From assembly GCA_002633005.1 (NCBI GenBank), contig NMRA01000407.1:62001-126000 (forward strand): 64,000 nt of DNA, read 5' to 3'. Below are positions 13,501 to 26,500 of the stretch, in pieces. The notes under the pieces were generated by a model, which was not told the origin of the DNA, did not search any database, and saw only the letters and a list, made by a program, of their open reading frames with translations. Position numbers and translations under genes: made by a program. This DNA comes from Phoronis australis (Eukaryota > Animalia > Phoronida). Each line of letters starts with the position of its first letter. Position 1 is the first letter of the stretch.

Positions 13501-16256
13501 AAGTGGAATTGAATGTTAGTGTTTTTAAATCCCATGCAGTGCTTTGTTTAAGAATTCAACACTGGCAACTAAACAATGGTGAAATACCCCTTTAAGTTTG
13601 CACTTCCTGTACGTGACACCTGTTTATTTTGCATGAGTAAAACATTACAATGTATTAAACTTCATGACGGCGTTCTCCTGTTCAGTGACTTTACCAGGCG
13701 TCAAGGGTTGTGAGCCTGTGATAACATCTAGCTTCTTTGTTAACTGCCAAGCACAGTCTTTTGTCTGGTATGACAACAGGCAGGCCAATTATCTACCAGG
13801 CTTATTACAGACCACATGTGAACACAGTCAAACTGAGAGCGAATTGGTACGATCGGAAAGAAAAGGTTGTCATAACTTCGGTTGTTGTTGGGAGATTTTG
13901 GCGATTCAAAAACTAAACAGGATCAGCGTTTGACGAGGATTTCAGATATGCTATTGGTTTATGTTCAGATATGTTATAACTTAACTTTTATTTTTAACAG
14001 CACAGCCCAGTCAGGCTTGTTATGACCTTATTGGCGATTAGAGCAATTATCGAACAAAAGAGAGCTGGCCCTCCAACCATAAATGCCAGAATGGATTTAA
14101 TTAGTCGTGTAAGATATTGGCTACAGGGAAGTTCTTCCCAACTTATTGTTGGGCTATAGTCGCGAACAAGTTGGAAGCAACGGGAAAATGCCGCACTAAA
14201 TGTAAAGAACAAATTTCCAAGTCTTGTAAGACATCAAGACTGAAAACTCCTACCAAACTTTATGCCAGGCACATCCAGAAAACGGGCAAGTCTTGTGCTA
14301 TGCTTCAAGGAAATCATGTGTCAGTGAAAAATTCGAAGGGGAACACAGTCGTTTTTGTTATTGCATTTAGTAAAAATACAGAGCCCTGGTTATGCTGGAG
14401 ATATTTTTGTTCTATATTCTTTACTTATTCTGTTCCCCTGGATTTGGTCATTCCTGTTCGCTGCATAGAAATGAATGCTTTAATTGCTGGACCATTTATG
14501 TACATCACTTTAATGTTCCAGGGATAACAAATAAACGTAAGGGGAACAACAATTAAACTCGGAAATATCTCTCCAAAGTATTAACCAGGGATCTTTATTT
14601 TTCTTAGTGGTAACATAAACAATGATTGCTTTCCTGTTTAACACTGGTCAATTTGCTGGTCTCTCATAAAAATGAGATCCTCAGCCCACTTTACGGAGAG
14701 CTGTACTTAATTATAGTGATATACGAATAGATTAAGTGTAAAGCAGTTCATTAGCATGGGAGCATTCGTGGGATAAGGTACCCACATGATAATTAACCTG
14801 ATGCAGGAATTAGTGTGGGAAGGTACCTTGGTTCAGTTGCCACAACTGGTGAATTTTTAGTGTACCATTTATTTGTTTCTTTGTCTTTTCAGCCATGCTA
14901 GCGCCACCTTTAGACAATGATGATGAGAACGATATCAGCATAACTATGGCAACACCTATGCTCAGGCCAACGAGACTTTCCCTCGCAGAAATTAATGCTA
15001 TTACCAACAGAGGCATTGCTGTACTAGCAAAAGTGTTTCCTGAGCATTCTGTTCCTTCAATCATCAATTTCATAGGTTTGTAGTGTACTGTATTTAAAAG
15101 TGCTAAAAACCGACTCTCATGTTTAAAAGCAAACATTTGAATTAGTCTACATACTGGTATGTTTCCAACCTGACTGATCTTACCTAGTAGAGAAGTTAAT
15201 TCTGGGCTTGGAAACAACTGACAGCTAAGTCATGATCATGCACTAGGCAGGCTCAGTAAATTTGCATGTTAAGCCAGACATACCATTTTAAAGTCTCCAG
15301 CAATAACATGAGAAAGGGAATCAGAAGAATTAAAGATGTGTAGTGATCGTGATTCATTTTGATATCAATTTTGACACAGGGAGCAGCAATGGTGACCTCC
15401 TAACAACAATGGAGCAGATGGTCTCATTCAGAGACCTCCGTTTCGACGCCTACTGTTTACCGTCAAACAGTTTTCCTCAAAGAGGGTGCTCCAGTACCAG
15501 TTCGAGGTATCAGATGGCAGCACTAACCACAAGTCAAGCTGAGAATGCTTATCTAGATCCTGATGTCTCCGTCTTGGGCAGCTACCATCCATCTTACATG
15601 TCACCTTACTGCTCACCCAACAACTATGCTTCTTACATGAAAATACATCGAGACCAGAACTACACAAACACAGTGGCAGAAGAGCTTGCAAAGAACCTCG
15701 CCTACCGAGCCATATCACGAGACCAGATTGGCATCAGCGCCAACAGTGTACAGCACGATTCCAGCTGTGAAGGCAATGAACCCGTCAACCACCAGCTATG
15801 CACTGGTAATTACATGGTAGGGGGGAACCACGTGGGGTGGTGGGCATCTGGGGTGACCAGCTGTGGGTCGCCAACAGGAAACAGCCAGAAAGCAGAGACA
15901 TCTGGTAGTGATGGTGAGGATGATGACCAGTCATTGACATATGGAGGTAAGTAAGTGAACACCTCTGTTTGAAGAACAATATGCTTACAAGTTTTTTCAG
16001 AAGGTTATGACACAATTTAATTACACCACCAACTTTTTAATTGCCTTCAAGAATTTTTTACAGGATTCATGAGGTGTAACTGTTTCATGTACTTGATGAT
16101 TTCCAAAACATTCATATGTCCTCATGATTTGGGTTCATGTTCGTTACTATGGTAATGGATTCTTCTCCTTGAATGCAGGAGCTACCATGGTGACGATGAG
16201 AGATGTGGAACTTAGCCAGACTATCCTGTTTATATTCAGATTGTGATGACAAGTAG
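10501..16256 (+). CDS. Divergent DMRT (doublesex/mab-3 related) transcription factor with DM and DMA domains, ~351 aa
   Basis: Exons 10501-10679 (PLCARCRNHGVYCLRKGHSTCPYKGCQCREGCYLI), 13105-13214, 14893-15075, 15380-15946 and tentative 16240-16256. All GT-AG with consistent phases. DMA-like IAVLAKVFPEHSVPSIINFIGSSNGDLLTTMEQM spans exons 3/4. Last exon uncertain (read-through stop at 15954). AATAAA at ~16633. Confidence 0.85.
11083..11217 (+). mobile_element. Short CAGGGGCGGATCCAG-TIR MITE (hAT-like)
   Basis: Similar copy at 12894-13058 and an inverted end at ~3090-3115; ends in GCCACTG. Confidence 0.65.
12196..12780 (+). mobile_element. piggyBac-like non-autonomous element
   Basis: TTAACCCTTGTCCTGC left end and GCAGGATACGGATTA right end; inverted homologue at 24359-24927. 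Confidence 0.7.
12894..13058 (+). mobile_element. Short hAT-like MITE, copy 2
   Basis: AGGGGCAGATCCAGGATTTTGAGTT..CAGACATTCGCA..CCAAATGGAAT..TGCCACTG, homologous to 11083-11217. Confidence 0.65.
13662..14150 (+). mobile_element. Interspersed repeat (DNA-transposon derivative); inverted copy at ~46130-46612
   Basis: About 450 bp alignable, e.g. GTCTGGTATGACAACAGGCAGGCCAATTATCTACCAGGCTTATT; terminus TCATGACGGC. Confidence 0.8.
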
Positions 16257-19200
16257 TAACCTGTTAGTTTCTTTGTGTACACCGGATTGATATCGGGGGC
16301 CATTCGGGCACTTAGGAACGTTCTACTCGTCCGTGGAGAGGGATTAACAAGATCTTGGAATGACATCAGACCTGACGAGCTGGTGTCCATTTCTCTCTTT
16401 GGTGTGGCAATGTCCGAGCAAGACTGTGAGTCCCGTCTCACAGTTGACGGTTCACTGTTGGCTGAAAGAATAATACGATGGTTTGCACATCGATACTTCT
16501 AGATAAGGCTGCATAGTCATAAACTTTGGGGGACCCCTACGCTAAACTTGACTTCGTGGGCCCTTTCACAGCAGTGCAAGCCTCCTGATCCCATCTGAGT
16601 CCTAAACAGTCGCTTGTGTTTCCAGAAACATAAATAAAAGCTTTGAACCAGAAGATTATTGAGGGACTGACTAGTGCAAAAGTGTTAATATTATACAAAG
16701 ATAATGGTAGCACCATTATGAAAAGATAAAGACTTGTGGAATGGTTACAGTTGTGCCACGAAGACTGCTCAATGAGGGATCATGAAGTGATGAGTCAGGA
16801 ATAATTTGGACTTACTGCCATCCCTCACAATCATTTCAGTTTAAAACATGTGGCCAATGTTGATAGAGTCTTAAGTTGTAAGGCCACATAAACTTTCTCA
16901 GTTGATTTCACCTGTAGTTCTACTCAAAACTTACCTAGAGGCCCTGTTGAATTGTTAGTTTGGTTCTCAGACAATGACGTTGGCTTTTCTGTAAGATTTC
17001 CGTGACCTGTACATTTACTGTACTTTTTGAACATCTCTTACTCGTAGTGTATTTCAACCATCCTTCTATTATTTTTCAAAATGCTTCCAGTCATTGTTTA
17101 TGTATTGATGATGTCATCAGATGTGTTGCAGCAATTTTTATGTCTATAACTATTAAGTCGACAAGGGAACCCAATCTCCAAGAGCTGTTTTTAAGAGTAC
17201 TTTCAGTTTCAACCTTCGATGAAATTACAAGAAAAATATTACACAGTTCATTTGAATTGTGTGCTTGAATGTTTTTGAAGTTTACATAGAGCTAGCAGTG
17301 TATTTTGCAAAAAAAAAACACTTAACATTTCCTGCCCTAAAAGGAAACTAACTTTGAGCTGAATATTGAAAAATGCACTAACAAAGCACAGTAAATTTCT
17401 TATTTATGAAATGACTGATGGCCTATTCATTTGACCGACGACCAACCAGCTCATAATGTTTGAGAAAGTGGTCATTATTTCAAGCAACTTTTTGAAATTT
17501 TGCCTGTCTTTGTAATTCTGGCCGCCACGTCGAACCGTCCAAAATGTAATTCTGGCCAAACAAAAGACGGCCGCTGTAAAAACCCCTGCCTGAAACAATA
17601 CTTAAGATTGGATTGTTTAAGGAGGCAAAACACCGTTTGTTAATATCAAGAAATTTTACTACGACATTTGTTAGGTCAGTTAGAGCCAACCAAGACGTTA
17701 TCTTTTTAGCATCAAGCCTTGATTGGAGCTTTTGTGTGTACAGAGCCCTTGGTTGACAATTTCAATTAAATTTGAGACAATTTTTTTCTAATAAAGTTAT
17801 CAGCTGACCACACTACAGTTGGAAGGATTCTAAAAACATGGTACATTGGTTCCTATTGACAAACAGAATGTTTTTCTATGATTTAATCGATCTAGTTTAG
17901 ACAGTCATATAGTCATAACAGTGTGCTATTAGGTCAAGTCACACGCCTGCTTGCATGCTCCTATAACTATGCTAAGGTACTGCAAGAATGTATCAGCATT
18001 TACTATTTTAACAGTCTCTTGCATTGGATATATAAGGCTGCAATACTAGTGTTCATAGACAAAATCATTGTGAAAACAAAAATTCTGCAGTTGGATGACC
18101 TTTGAACTGCCATACTTCCGGGGCACATGTAACCCAAATAATGCACAAGAGTCATTGATTTGCAGTGAAACACATTTGCTACAAAATACTTAGCACTTGA
18201 CTTGCATATCATCTTGATACATTACTTTCTAACTCAAATTAGCCAGATAATCACAGATTAAAGCACCTACATCCCTAAAAATGATTTAAATCACTTACCT
18301 TAGCCAAAATAGAATCTGGACTTGAAAGGAACCAACAGATCATTTGTCATGGCATGTCATTTTATTCGCTGAGCATGTTCTCTAGCTGTAACAAACTGTC
18401 AGTTTTCGCACCACCAATAATCACTTCAAGTCGAGACTGATATTACAACGATGTGGTCTAAATTAAAAGTTATTTTCTTCAGTGGAATGTGGGCTTATAA
18501 CTGCTTTATGTGGTTAGCGTGCAAATTCACTTTAAAATGTATATCCCTCTGTATATTTTATCGCTGGCAAATTAGAATCCACAAGCACAATATAACTTAA
18601 AGGCTTTTTCCGCAAATTGCAACACATCTTGACAATTAAAAGTTTTAACTAGCTACGTAATCCCTTCCGTGTGTGATGGAGAGGCATGCAAAAACAATGC
18701 TAAAATATGGATTTGGTTTTTTCATGCCTCTCAACAAAAACACCAAAAAAACAGCCCCACCAGTCGACCAGCTATCAAATAACACCCACAAACACTATCT
18801 GACAATACATTAATTTGCTGATCTCGAGGTATGAGCATTTCGTATTTATTAGTTGTTACATACTACTTAAAAACAGGACAACTAATCACGGCACTAGTCA
18901 TCCTCCATTGTGTTTAGTATAAAAAGATGTCAAATATTGCTGGTCCTTTTCTCATGGTTTATATCAATAAGAAATGTTGAGGCATTATGTTTGTGGTGGT
19001 TGTAACTACTTTGTATCTGACCACGCTGTGGCTCTTCTCGCTTTCTCGCAAGACCTCGGAGAAGCGCGGATACAGCACAAGTTTGTACAAGAAACTCACA
19101 TGATGCTGGACGTAACCCACTGGCGCTGATTACGGTCATCCGTCACACTCCTGCCCGTAGAGCTCAGAAACTTTCAATTGAAATCGCTTCTCTTCCGTTT

Positions 19201-20274
19201 CCTCATTTTTGGGATATTGAATTCACGACTGATATACAGTGCTGCAAAGGAATGTCCAATGATGGTGACAATGTAGTCACTCATCAAAACAACTTGTAAA
19301 TGGTGGTTTTAAGCACTTTGAGCGGACAGCAAAACTTGGATTAAAACTGTGTTAAAAAGCTGCACTACCTCACAGACTCACACAGACAGTTAATTCAAAC
19401 CACTTACCACTCCAATTGACTTATCGCCAGGACTTTTGAGTGATGGCTTAACTGACCAATCAAAACACAACATTCTTGACACACCTTCATTTCCAAGCCG
19501 CCATTTTAGCTGACAAACAACACGTTGCCAGGTAAAACTTATTGTTTGGTTGCTGAAGTAGAGAACAAGTGACCATGCTTGACCATAAACTGACCTGTCT
19601 GTACTAAAAATGAAGCGTCAGTTCATTCCAAGGCGAGACATCCTCTCTTGATTGAATAAGAAACTAGTAGTTATGATCAATTGATAACTGACGAAAGGTA
19701 AGTTTGTAATGGCTTTAAAAACTTGCACCTTTTCACTTGTAGAGTGTAGCGACACGTCAACGCCTCCAGTGAGTGAAGTAGATGATGCCATTGGCTGTAT
19801 GTCAGACGATCAAGACATTGGATTGGACAACATAACACCCACAATACCTGAGTGAAGGATTAGCAGACGTTACCACCAAGAGCGGTTTATGTTTTAGCAT
19901 AAGTGTTGTGGGCATTTACTGTTAAGTAGTACATTGCTCTTTTTCAGTTGCATTGCAATGGTGATATTGAATGTTGTGGCCAAAGTAACACTAATTGAAA
20001 AAAATCTTTGAGATTGAACTTGTTTTTCCTTCATGGTATGGTCACGTAATGTTTAACAAATTTGGAAATGTTGGACATGAACGGACCATGATACTGATTT
20101 TCGCATAATTCGCACTTAGTTCTGCAGAAGTCGTTTTAGTTTGTGCAGTCGTGGCTATAAGTTGCACCTCTCCTTGCTCAGATAGTGTAGGTCCAGTTAG
20201 GCATGACTTATTGTTTTAAATGTATATACATGTAATGTTGTGGATGGACCGTTGACACCACATAGCCACAAAAT

Positions 20275-20456
20275 GATACCCTACTCTACAACAGTTGCAT
20301 GATACCCTACTCTACAACAGTTGCGTGATACCCTACTCTACAACAGTTGCGTGATACCCTACTCTACAACAGTTGCGTGATACCCTACTCTACAACAGTT
20401 GCGTGATACCCTACTCTACAACAGTTGCGTGATACCCTACTCTACAACAGTTGCGA
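20275..20456. repeat. 26-bp minisatellite x7 (GATACCCTACTCTACAACAGTTGCGT)
   Basis: Seven near-identical head-to-tail units with no spacers. Confidence 0.97.
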
Positions 20457-23400
20457 TTCTCTTTACTGAAAAGTGTGTACAAGGCAGAGCAGAAACGCGT
20501 ATTTTAAAAATATGATGGTGCAGTACACATTGCAAGAACTGCGACTCCAGGCATCTACTGAGAAAAAATACTGCCACAAACCCTGTTGTGCCATCGTCTC
20601 TAATAGTGCATTCTTTCAAAAGCCCAAAAGGTATGTCTCTGTCCTGGTGTCTAACAGTAACAGTGCATTATTGTTACGCCTAAATTCTCTTGCTGTTGGT
20701 ACTCCAGTGTAGAGATTTTTCCTTGTTATAGGATCACTAACAACGAGACATTACACAAACGTTTCTGACAATGCAGAACCTTAAAGTAAGACAATTGTAT
20801 GAAGTGAAGATTCCAAATTTTGTATGACTAAGTGACAGCTTTATGTTTTGCTCAAAAATAAAAGGATTAGAGATCTAAATAATTATTAACATTTATTGAG
20901 TATCAAATTCCAAATAAAGGGACAGTACAAATAGTGTCAAGTCTAATAAAACCCAGTGGAACCTCATTACAATGTAGTCCGCTTAGAATGTTAACAGCCA
21001 TTTAACATACAGACTTTCAACTAAGTCCTGATTTTACAATTGAAAGTTCTACTGGCAGTAAATGAAATTGAATGACTCATTAGAATTATACCAAATTTAA
21101 GGATGTACTAACAAACTGATAATTCAACATTCGTCACCTGAAGTTCAAATTTCCAAAGAATGGAAAACTTGGAACCGTTCTACTAAACACAATGCACAGA
21201 ACAAAAATAATGTTCAATGCCAAAACAGCATACTTTGCCTGCACATTATATCACCATATTTGTGTGCCAACTATCAAATAATGGCAACACAAATACAAAA
21301 CCATTTAACACTGCAATAAGTAACATTTCATGTTTCCAAACAATTGTACAATTGTCTACTTTTAATGTCTTGAACATTGTTCCATTCCTGATAACATTTT
21401 TGCATATTTGCTCTATCTCAAAAAAAAATTGTACAAAACAGTAAGCTCTGATTGCTTTGTTCTAGTAATTGTTTATTGATGACTTAAGCTGTTAGTTTTG
21501 GGAACAGTGATGACATTTTCTGCAAAACGATAGAGAATAAAATGTCTTTATAAAACAATAAATAAGTCAAAAGTTTTTGCAAATTTTGAATCATACCTAA
21601 CACAGAAACTTTACGCATTTTAAGAGGAACATTAAAAACAATCGGCAATTCTATTTCTTTGATGAAGATACAATTACATATTAAAGTGGTCACAAACCAC
21701 TTTTGAAAACTAGGACTGTTCCCAAACGAAATGAATGCACTTGGTCTAAAAGTACTGCACTTCTCACTACCGCTTACAATCGTGCCTCCCCCTAGTGAGT
21801 GCTTGGGGAAAGCCGTATGAGACCGTGCACGCCTGAGTATTGTTTACAGACAATGATTGAGAAATAATAAGTTGGAAAGAAACAAATAATCGCAATCAGA
21901 CATTGGTTGTGCACTTTTGTAAATAATGTTAATTACGCAATCAATAGTCTTTCAGTAATAACACAGATAACATGCATATCAAATGTCAATCACTACAATC
22001 ATGCACACAACAAAATAAATCTTACCACAATAAGGCCAGAAATCATCTCCGTGTGAAGAAACTGACCTCCTGATTGGGCGGCCACCACATTGGTGAGAAG
22101 TGTGCATTTTGAATGATATAGCTATAGGATGGCAACTTTGTAATAAATAATGAATAACACTGCTTGTGCTTTGCAATAGTTTGACAGAAGGTAATTAGCA
22201 TACTCACAAAATTGTATTTTCTTCTGCACAGAGGTCAGTAGCAGACTGCACACAAAGAGTGGACCAGCACCCGACAGTATGTTGAGCACTGTTATTACAA
22301 CTGGGCTTGAATACCATGAAAGATTCAGGGCAAGTTGTATAAAGTTAAACACCCTGACAACATAACATTTTAAGAGCCATTGCTTTATCAAATACAGAGT
22401 GATTCTCCTAAACAGCTCCCAAACATTAGCTCATAATTTCTTTTCTACTTGCCTGTGACCTAAGAACCTGAAACATCGTGTAAACCTGCTCAATTCTATT
22501 GCAAACAAGTGGTGTAAGCATGCACACCAAAAATATTCAATGCCACCTGTCAGCATTTTATTGACAGCGTGTCAATTTCGTGCTCGACAAATGCATTTCA
22601 TAAAGCAGCTCAATTTGGAAAGACGCATCGTGTTGTGCTTAAATGCTGAAGTGGGACATTTTCAGCACCTACTGTAAAGGTACTTGTCTTGAATTCATAG
22701 TAACTGTTGTAAGTTGTCTCAATTAGACTACCTGCTCAACAAGACCATCTACGGACCATCAGTATGTCATACTCATACACGTACTGCCCATAATGAGCTA
22801 AATACAAGTTTGAAGTTCCTGCCTCTGATGGAATAAAAATATTAGAAAAATTTTGGAGCCTGTTTCGGGAGAATCACTAAGTATAACAACGACTGTGGTA
22901 TAACAATGCCACGTTCCCCTGTAGCATATAGAACTACACATGGTCGTTTTTAAAATGAAATGGACAACGTGGAAATCTAATCATTTGACAAACAAAACTG
23001 ACAATATGCATTTCATTTCTACTCAAACTCATTCCAATACTGGCCAATCTCTGCTACAGAAGTGACCTATGCACTTTGTTGAAACACATTTTGTAGCTAA
23101 AACGTCACCTTAACAATACACTAAAATTAGACGAGGCTACATCTTCACTGGGACACAAGTTGGACTAAACCGACAAATAATTCTGGCAAGATGTTTGTCA
23201 AGAATTCCATCAAATTGTGTCTAGTTTACTTTGAAAACTTAACTGTACATGGAAGAAATCAATCGAATTCAACTTAGTTCCAGGTAGTCTTAGACTATTT
23301 CTCATTAGTTAAAATACTGCAACAAACTTACCTCAAGCAGAGAATTTGCACACTGCCAATCTAACAGCACTCAAGGCACACAAGCTTGAAAACCCATTGT

Positions 23401-23509
23401 TAGTAATGAGCTTGAAAAATCTTTTCTACAATTGCTAGTAACTGATGAGGCAACATTATTCATAGACAACACAAACAACTCCCCAGAAATCCCTAACGGA
23501 CAACGTGCG

Positions 23510-26500
23510 TCATTTTCTCTTGGCTTGTCTTATTGCCTGCTGGAGTAGATCATCAAAGTTGGGCTCGTTGGTTTTTTTGTGCACTTGAGGGTTGAACTCT
23601 TCCAGTATCTCATGGTCACCATCTAAACAAGAGAGATTCAAAGCATTCAAATGGCTACAAGGATGACTCCATTATGTGGAGCGTTGATATGTGCCCACAC
23701 TGTACATCACAAGCGGTGCTCAGGCGCATTGATACCTTCCACTTTTGAAGGTGCCGCACAAGTCATACCAGTCAAAGAAAATTACCAGAAACGCATTTGA
23801 CAAATTTCTGAAGACACATCAAAGAACTTGGTAGATGTTGAGATAAAAGCAAAGAAAACTAAAATTACCGCTAGGGGTTATCACCATAGAACTGTCCGAA
23901 AATTAATGTCTGCTCAGCTTTTCATAAGAACACATCTGCCAACATTCACAGTGATTCTTCAAGTCATTTAGCAGATAGGTAGGGGGGGGAGGGCTATCAA
24001 AAACAGTCAGACTTCAAAAAGGTTATTAGGGGGTGCGGAATAGCTCAAATCTGTCGCAGATGGAGCATGTGGGACACCTCCTTTATAAAAGCTTATATGC
24101 CAATTTTCATGAAGATCTATCAAGAAACTTGGGTATTGAGGTATACGCTAGGAAAACTAAAACTGCATGCAAGGAAAAACAAAATTCCCACAGTAGTCAG
24201 GTTCTTGCCGTAATCAACGTCAGCAGTGCTCTCCGCAATTAGAGCAAATGTACCAAATTGAATTCACAATTGTGATATGCAGTGGTTTTAAGTAAGGTTT
24301 AATGATGTTGACAACGTAGTTACTGGTCAAAACGAGGGAAATGGAGGCTTTAAGCACTTTAAACCCTATCCTGCGCTAGACGAGGTCAGTCGACTTAATT
24401 GCCCTATACAGCCCCAACTACGATAAGCTGCAGCTGCGAGCGGTAGGTGAGTGCACTCGCAACAGGACACTCGTGGTTTTCATCAGAAATTGAGCAAGCC
24501 TTTCATGCTGTTTAGATGTGTGAACATGCACATTCTACAGTTCACAGATTCCTCTACATTTCTCCAATTTAAACCATATGGCTGTGACTACTAGTTTGGG
24601 TGATATTGGCAATTTTAAGTGAAGGCACATAGTTCCATTATGACTGAAGCCAGACACAGGAGTATGACTGTGGATCAGTTTATTTTCACTAAGGCTATGA
24701 TGTAGATGTATATATGGTGAAAATCTCCATTAAATGCTGAACAACTTTCATGTTGACTACTTTTCTGTGGAATTGACATTTCCCCTTCAAATTTCTAATT
24801 TAAAATTGTTAAGTCATTAATCTGAGTGGCCTTTATAACAGCCCAGTGTACTGCAGTAGTGGTGACCTACTTAGCTCAGCACACAGGGATAGTAGTCTGA
24901 TTAGAGGCTCAACAGGATAAGGGTTAAGGGCATAAATGACCTTGATCAGCTAAAACATTGCCAGGGACCTGTTCACACAATGCAAACCAATATAATGCTT
25001 TGTATCCATCCATACAATATCCGAGACCATGCAAGCTTACCTAAATCTGCATAGTCGCTGACGCAGAAGTGACGCCTACCACCAAAGCATAAGTCGTAGT
25101 TCTCACAGCCTGGGACAGTGTTACCCTCTGCAGGAGAAAAAGGCAGGTAAGACCGCACATTAAATAAAGTTAACCCAACATGAAAATGTAAGCTAGAAAA
25201 AACATAACAATATAAAGAACAAATTCAAAACAACTTGCACCTGAAATCAGCTAACTTGAAGCCTGGTCACAGTTTGCAATTTGTCTACAATGTAACTGGC
25301 AAGTGAAGGACAAGCAACAGCTTGCCGCGCAGTGTGAAAACTCTGTCGCAGCTGCAGAGGTGGAATCAAGGAATAAGAGTTGATGCATATTGCATGTCGA
25401 ATCACAGCAGCTAGTCGTCACATAGCCCAGAGGGGGGCATACGTGTCAATAATTCAGCACCTTTCGACGATTGAGAGCCTGTACAATGCCAATTCATTTT
25501 CAACTACCCACGACATATCATACCAAAAACTACGAGTCATGCAGTAGGGACAGTAGCATTGCAGCAACTGCTCGTTACAACAGGTGACCACCTTTTGCCT
25601 TGAAGACAAATCCCTACGTGCGAATAGGCTTTTACCTCAAGTCGATAGTGCAAAATGCAAAAGCATCTGCCAGGATAAAATTATCGTGCCAGATACCTGA
25701 CTGCAATTGATAATTTTTGATAAAAAACAAAGTTACAAGCAGTAAGTGAATTTGAGTTGTCACCTTGAGTACCTGCGCCTAAATTTCACCAACAGCACTT
25801 CAATTGGTAAAATATTGCCAAAAATATTGCCTAAAACATGCTGTTTCTTGTTTCCACTAACAACCAAGTTGCTCACTTGACCAGAGAGCTTCAAAGGCTT
25901 GTTCTTTGTTCAAAAAAATGTCCAGAGTAAGCAAAGTGTGTAACTTTCATATCGAGCCTGTTAACATGAAAGCCTGAAACACCGTAACTAAATCGTATTG
26001 TTCATCTATTTAAATACGCGTGCTCAGTGATTTTCAGTGAACTTGTTCCCAGTGACTTACAGATGCATATAATGTATACTTACTTTCTACAGCTGCGTAG
26101 GCATCACAGGTGTAGACAAATGTCACAAAACCATAGTTGTCCCTAGGTGAGAACGGTCATGACCATTACAAGACTAGACAATACTAGACAATACTAGACA
26201 ATACTAGACAAGACTAGACAATACTAGACAATACTAGACTTAATAGCAATGTCTATTCCTTTGTTAGTAACACTGAATAATGAACACATGTCCCAATCTC
26301 TGTCAAGTTAATGGCAGAAACCTTAAGTAAACCTAGCAAACGTTACAGTCTAAATAAAACTTTCCAGTACTCTGACAAGACAATGTAACACAAATGTTGA
26401 AACTATTATAATACAAATTCAAATTTTAAGCGATCAAAGAGAAAGTAAATTAAATACGGCAAACAAGAATCTGCATGTCGTGGCTACAAGAAGTCGGCCT

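Noticed and set aside
20275-20456. Possible CRISPR array
   Set aside because: Units are contiguous with no unique spacers, there are no cas genes, and the context is eukaryotic.
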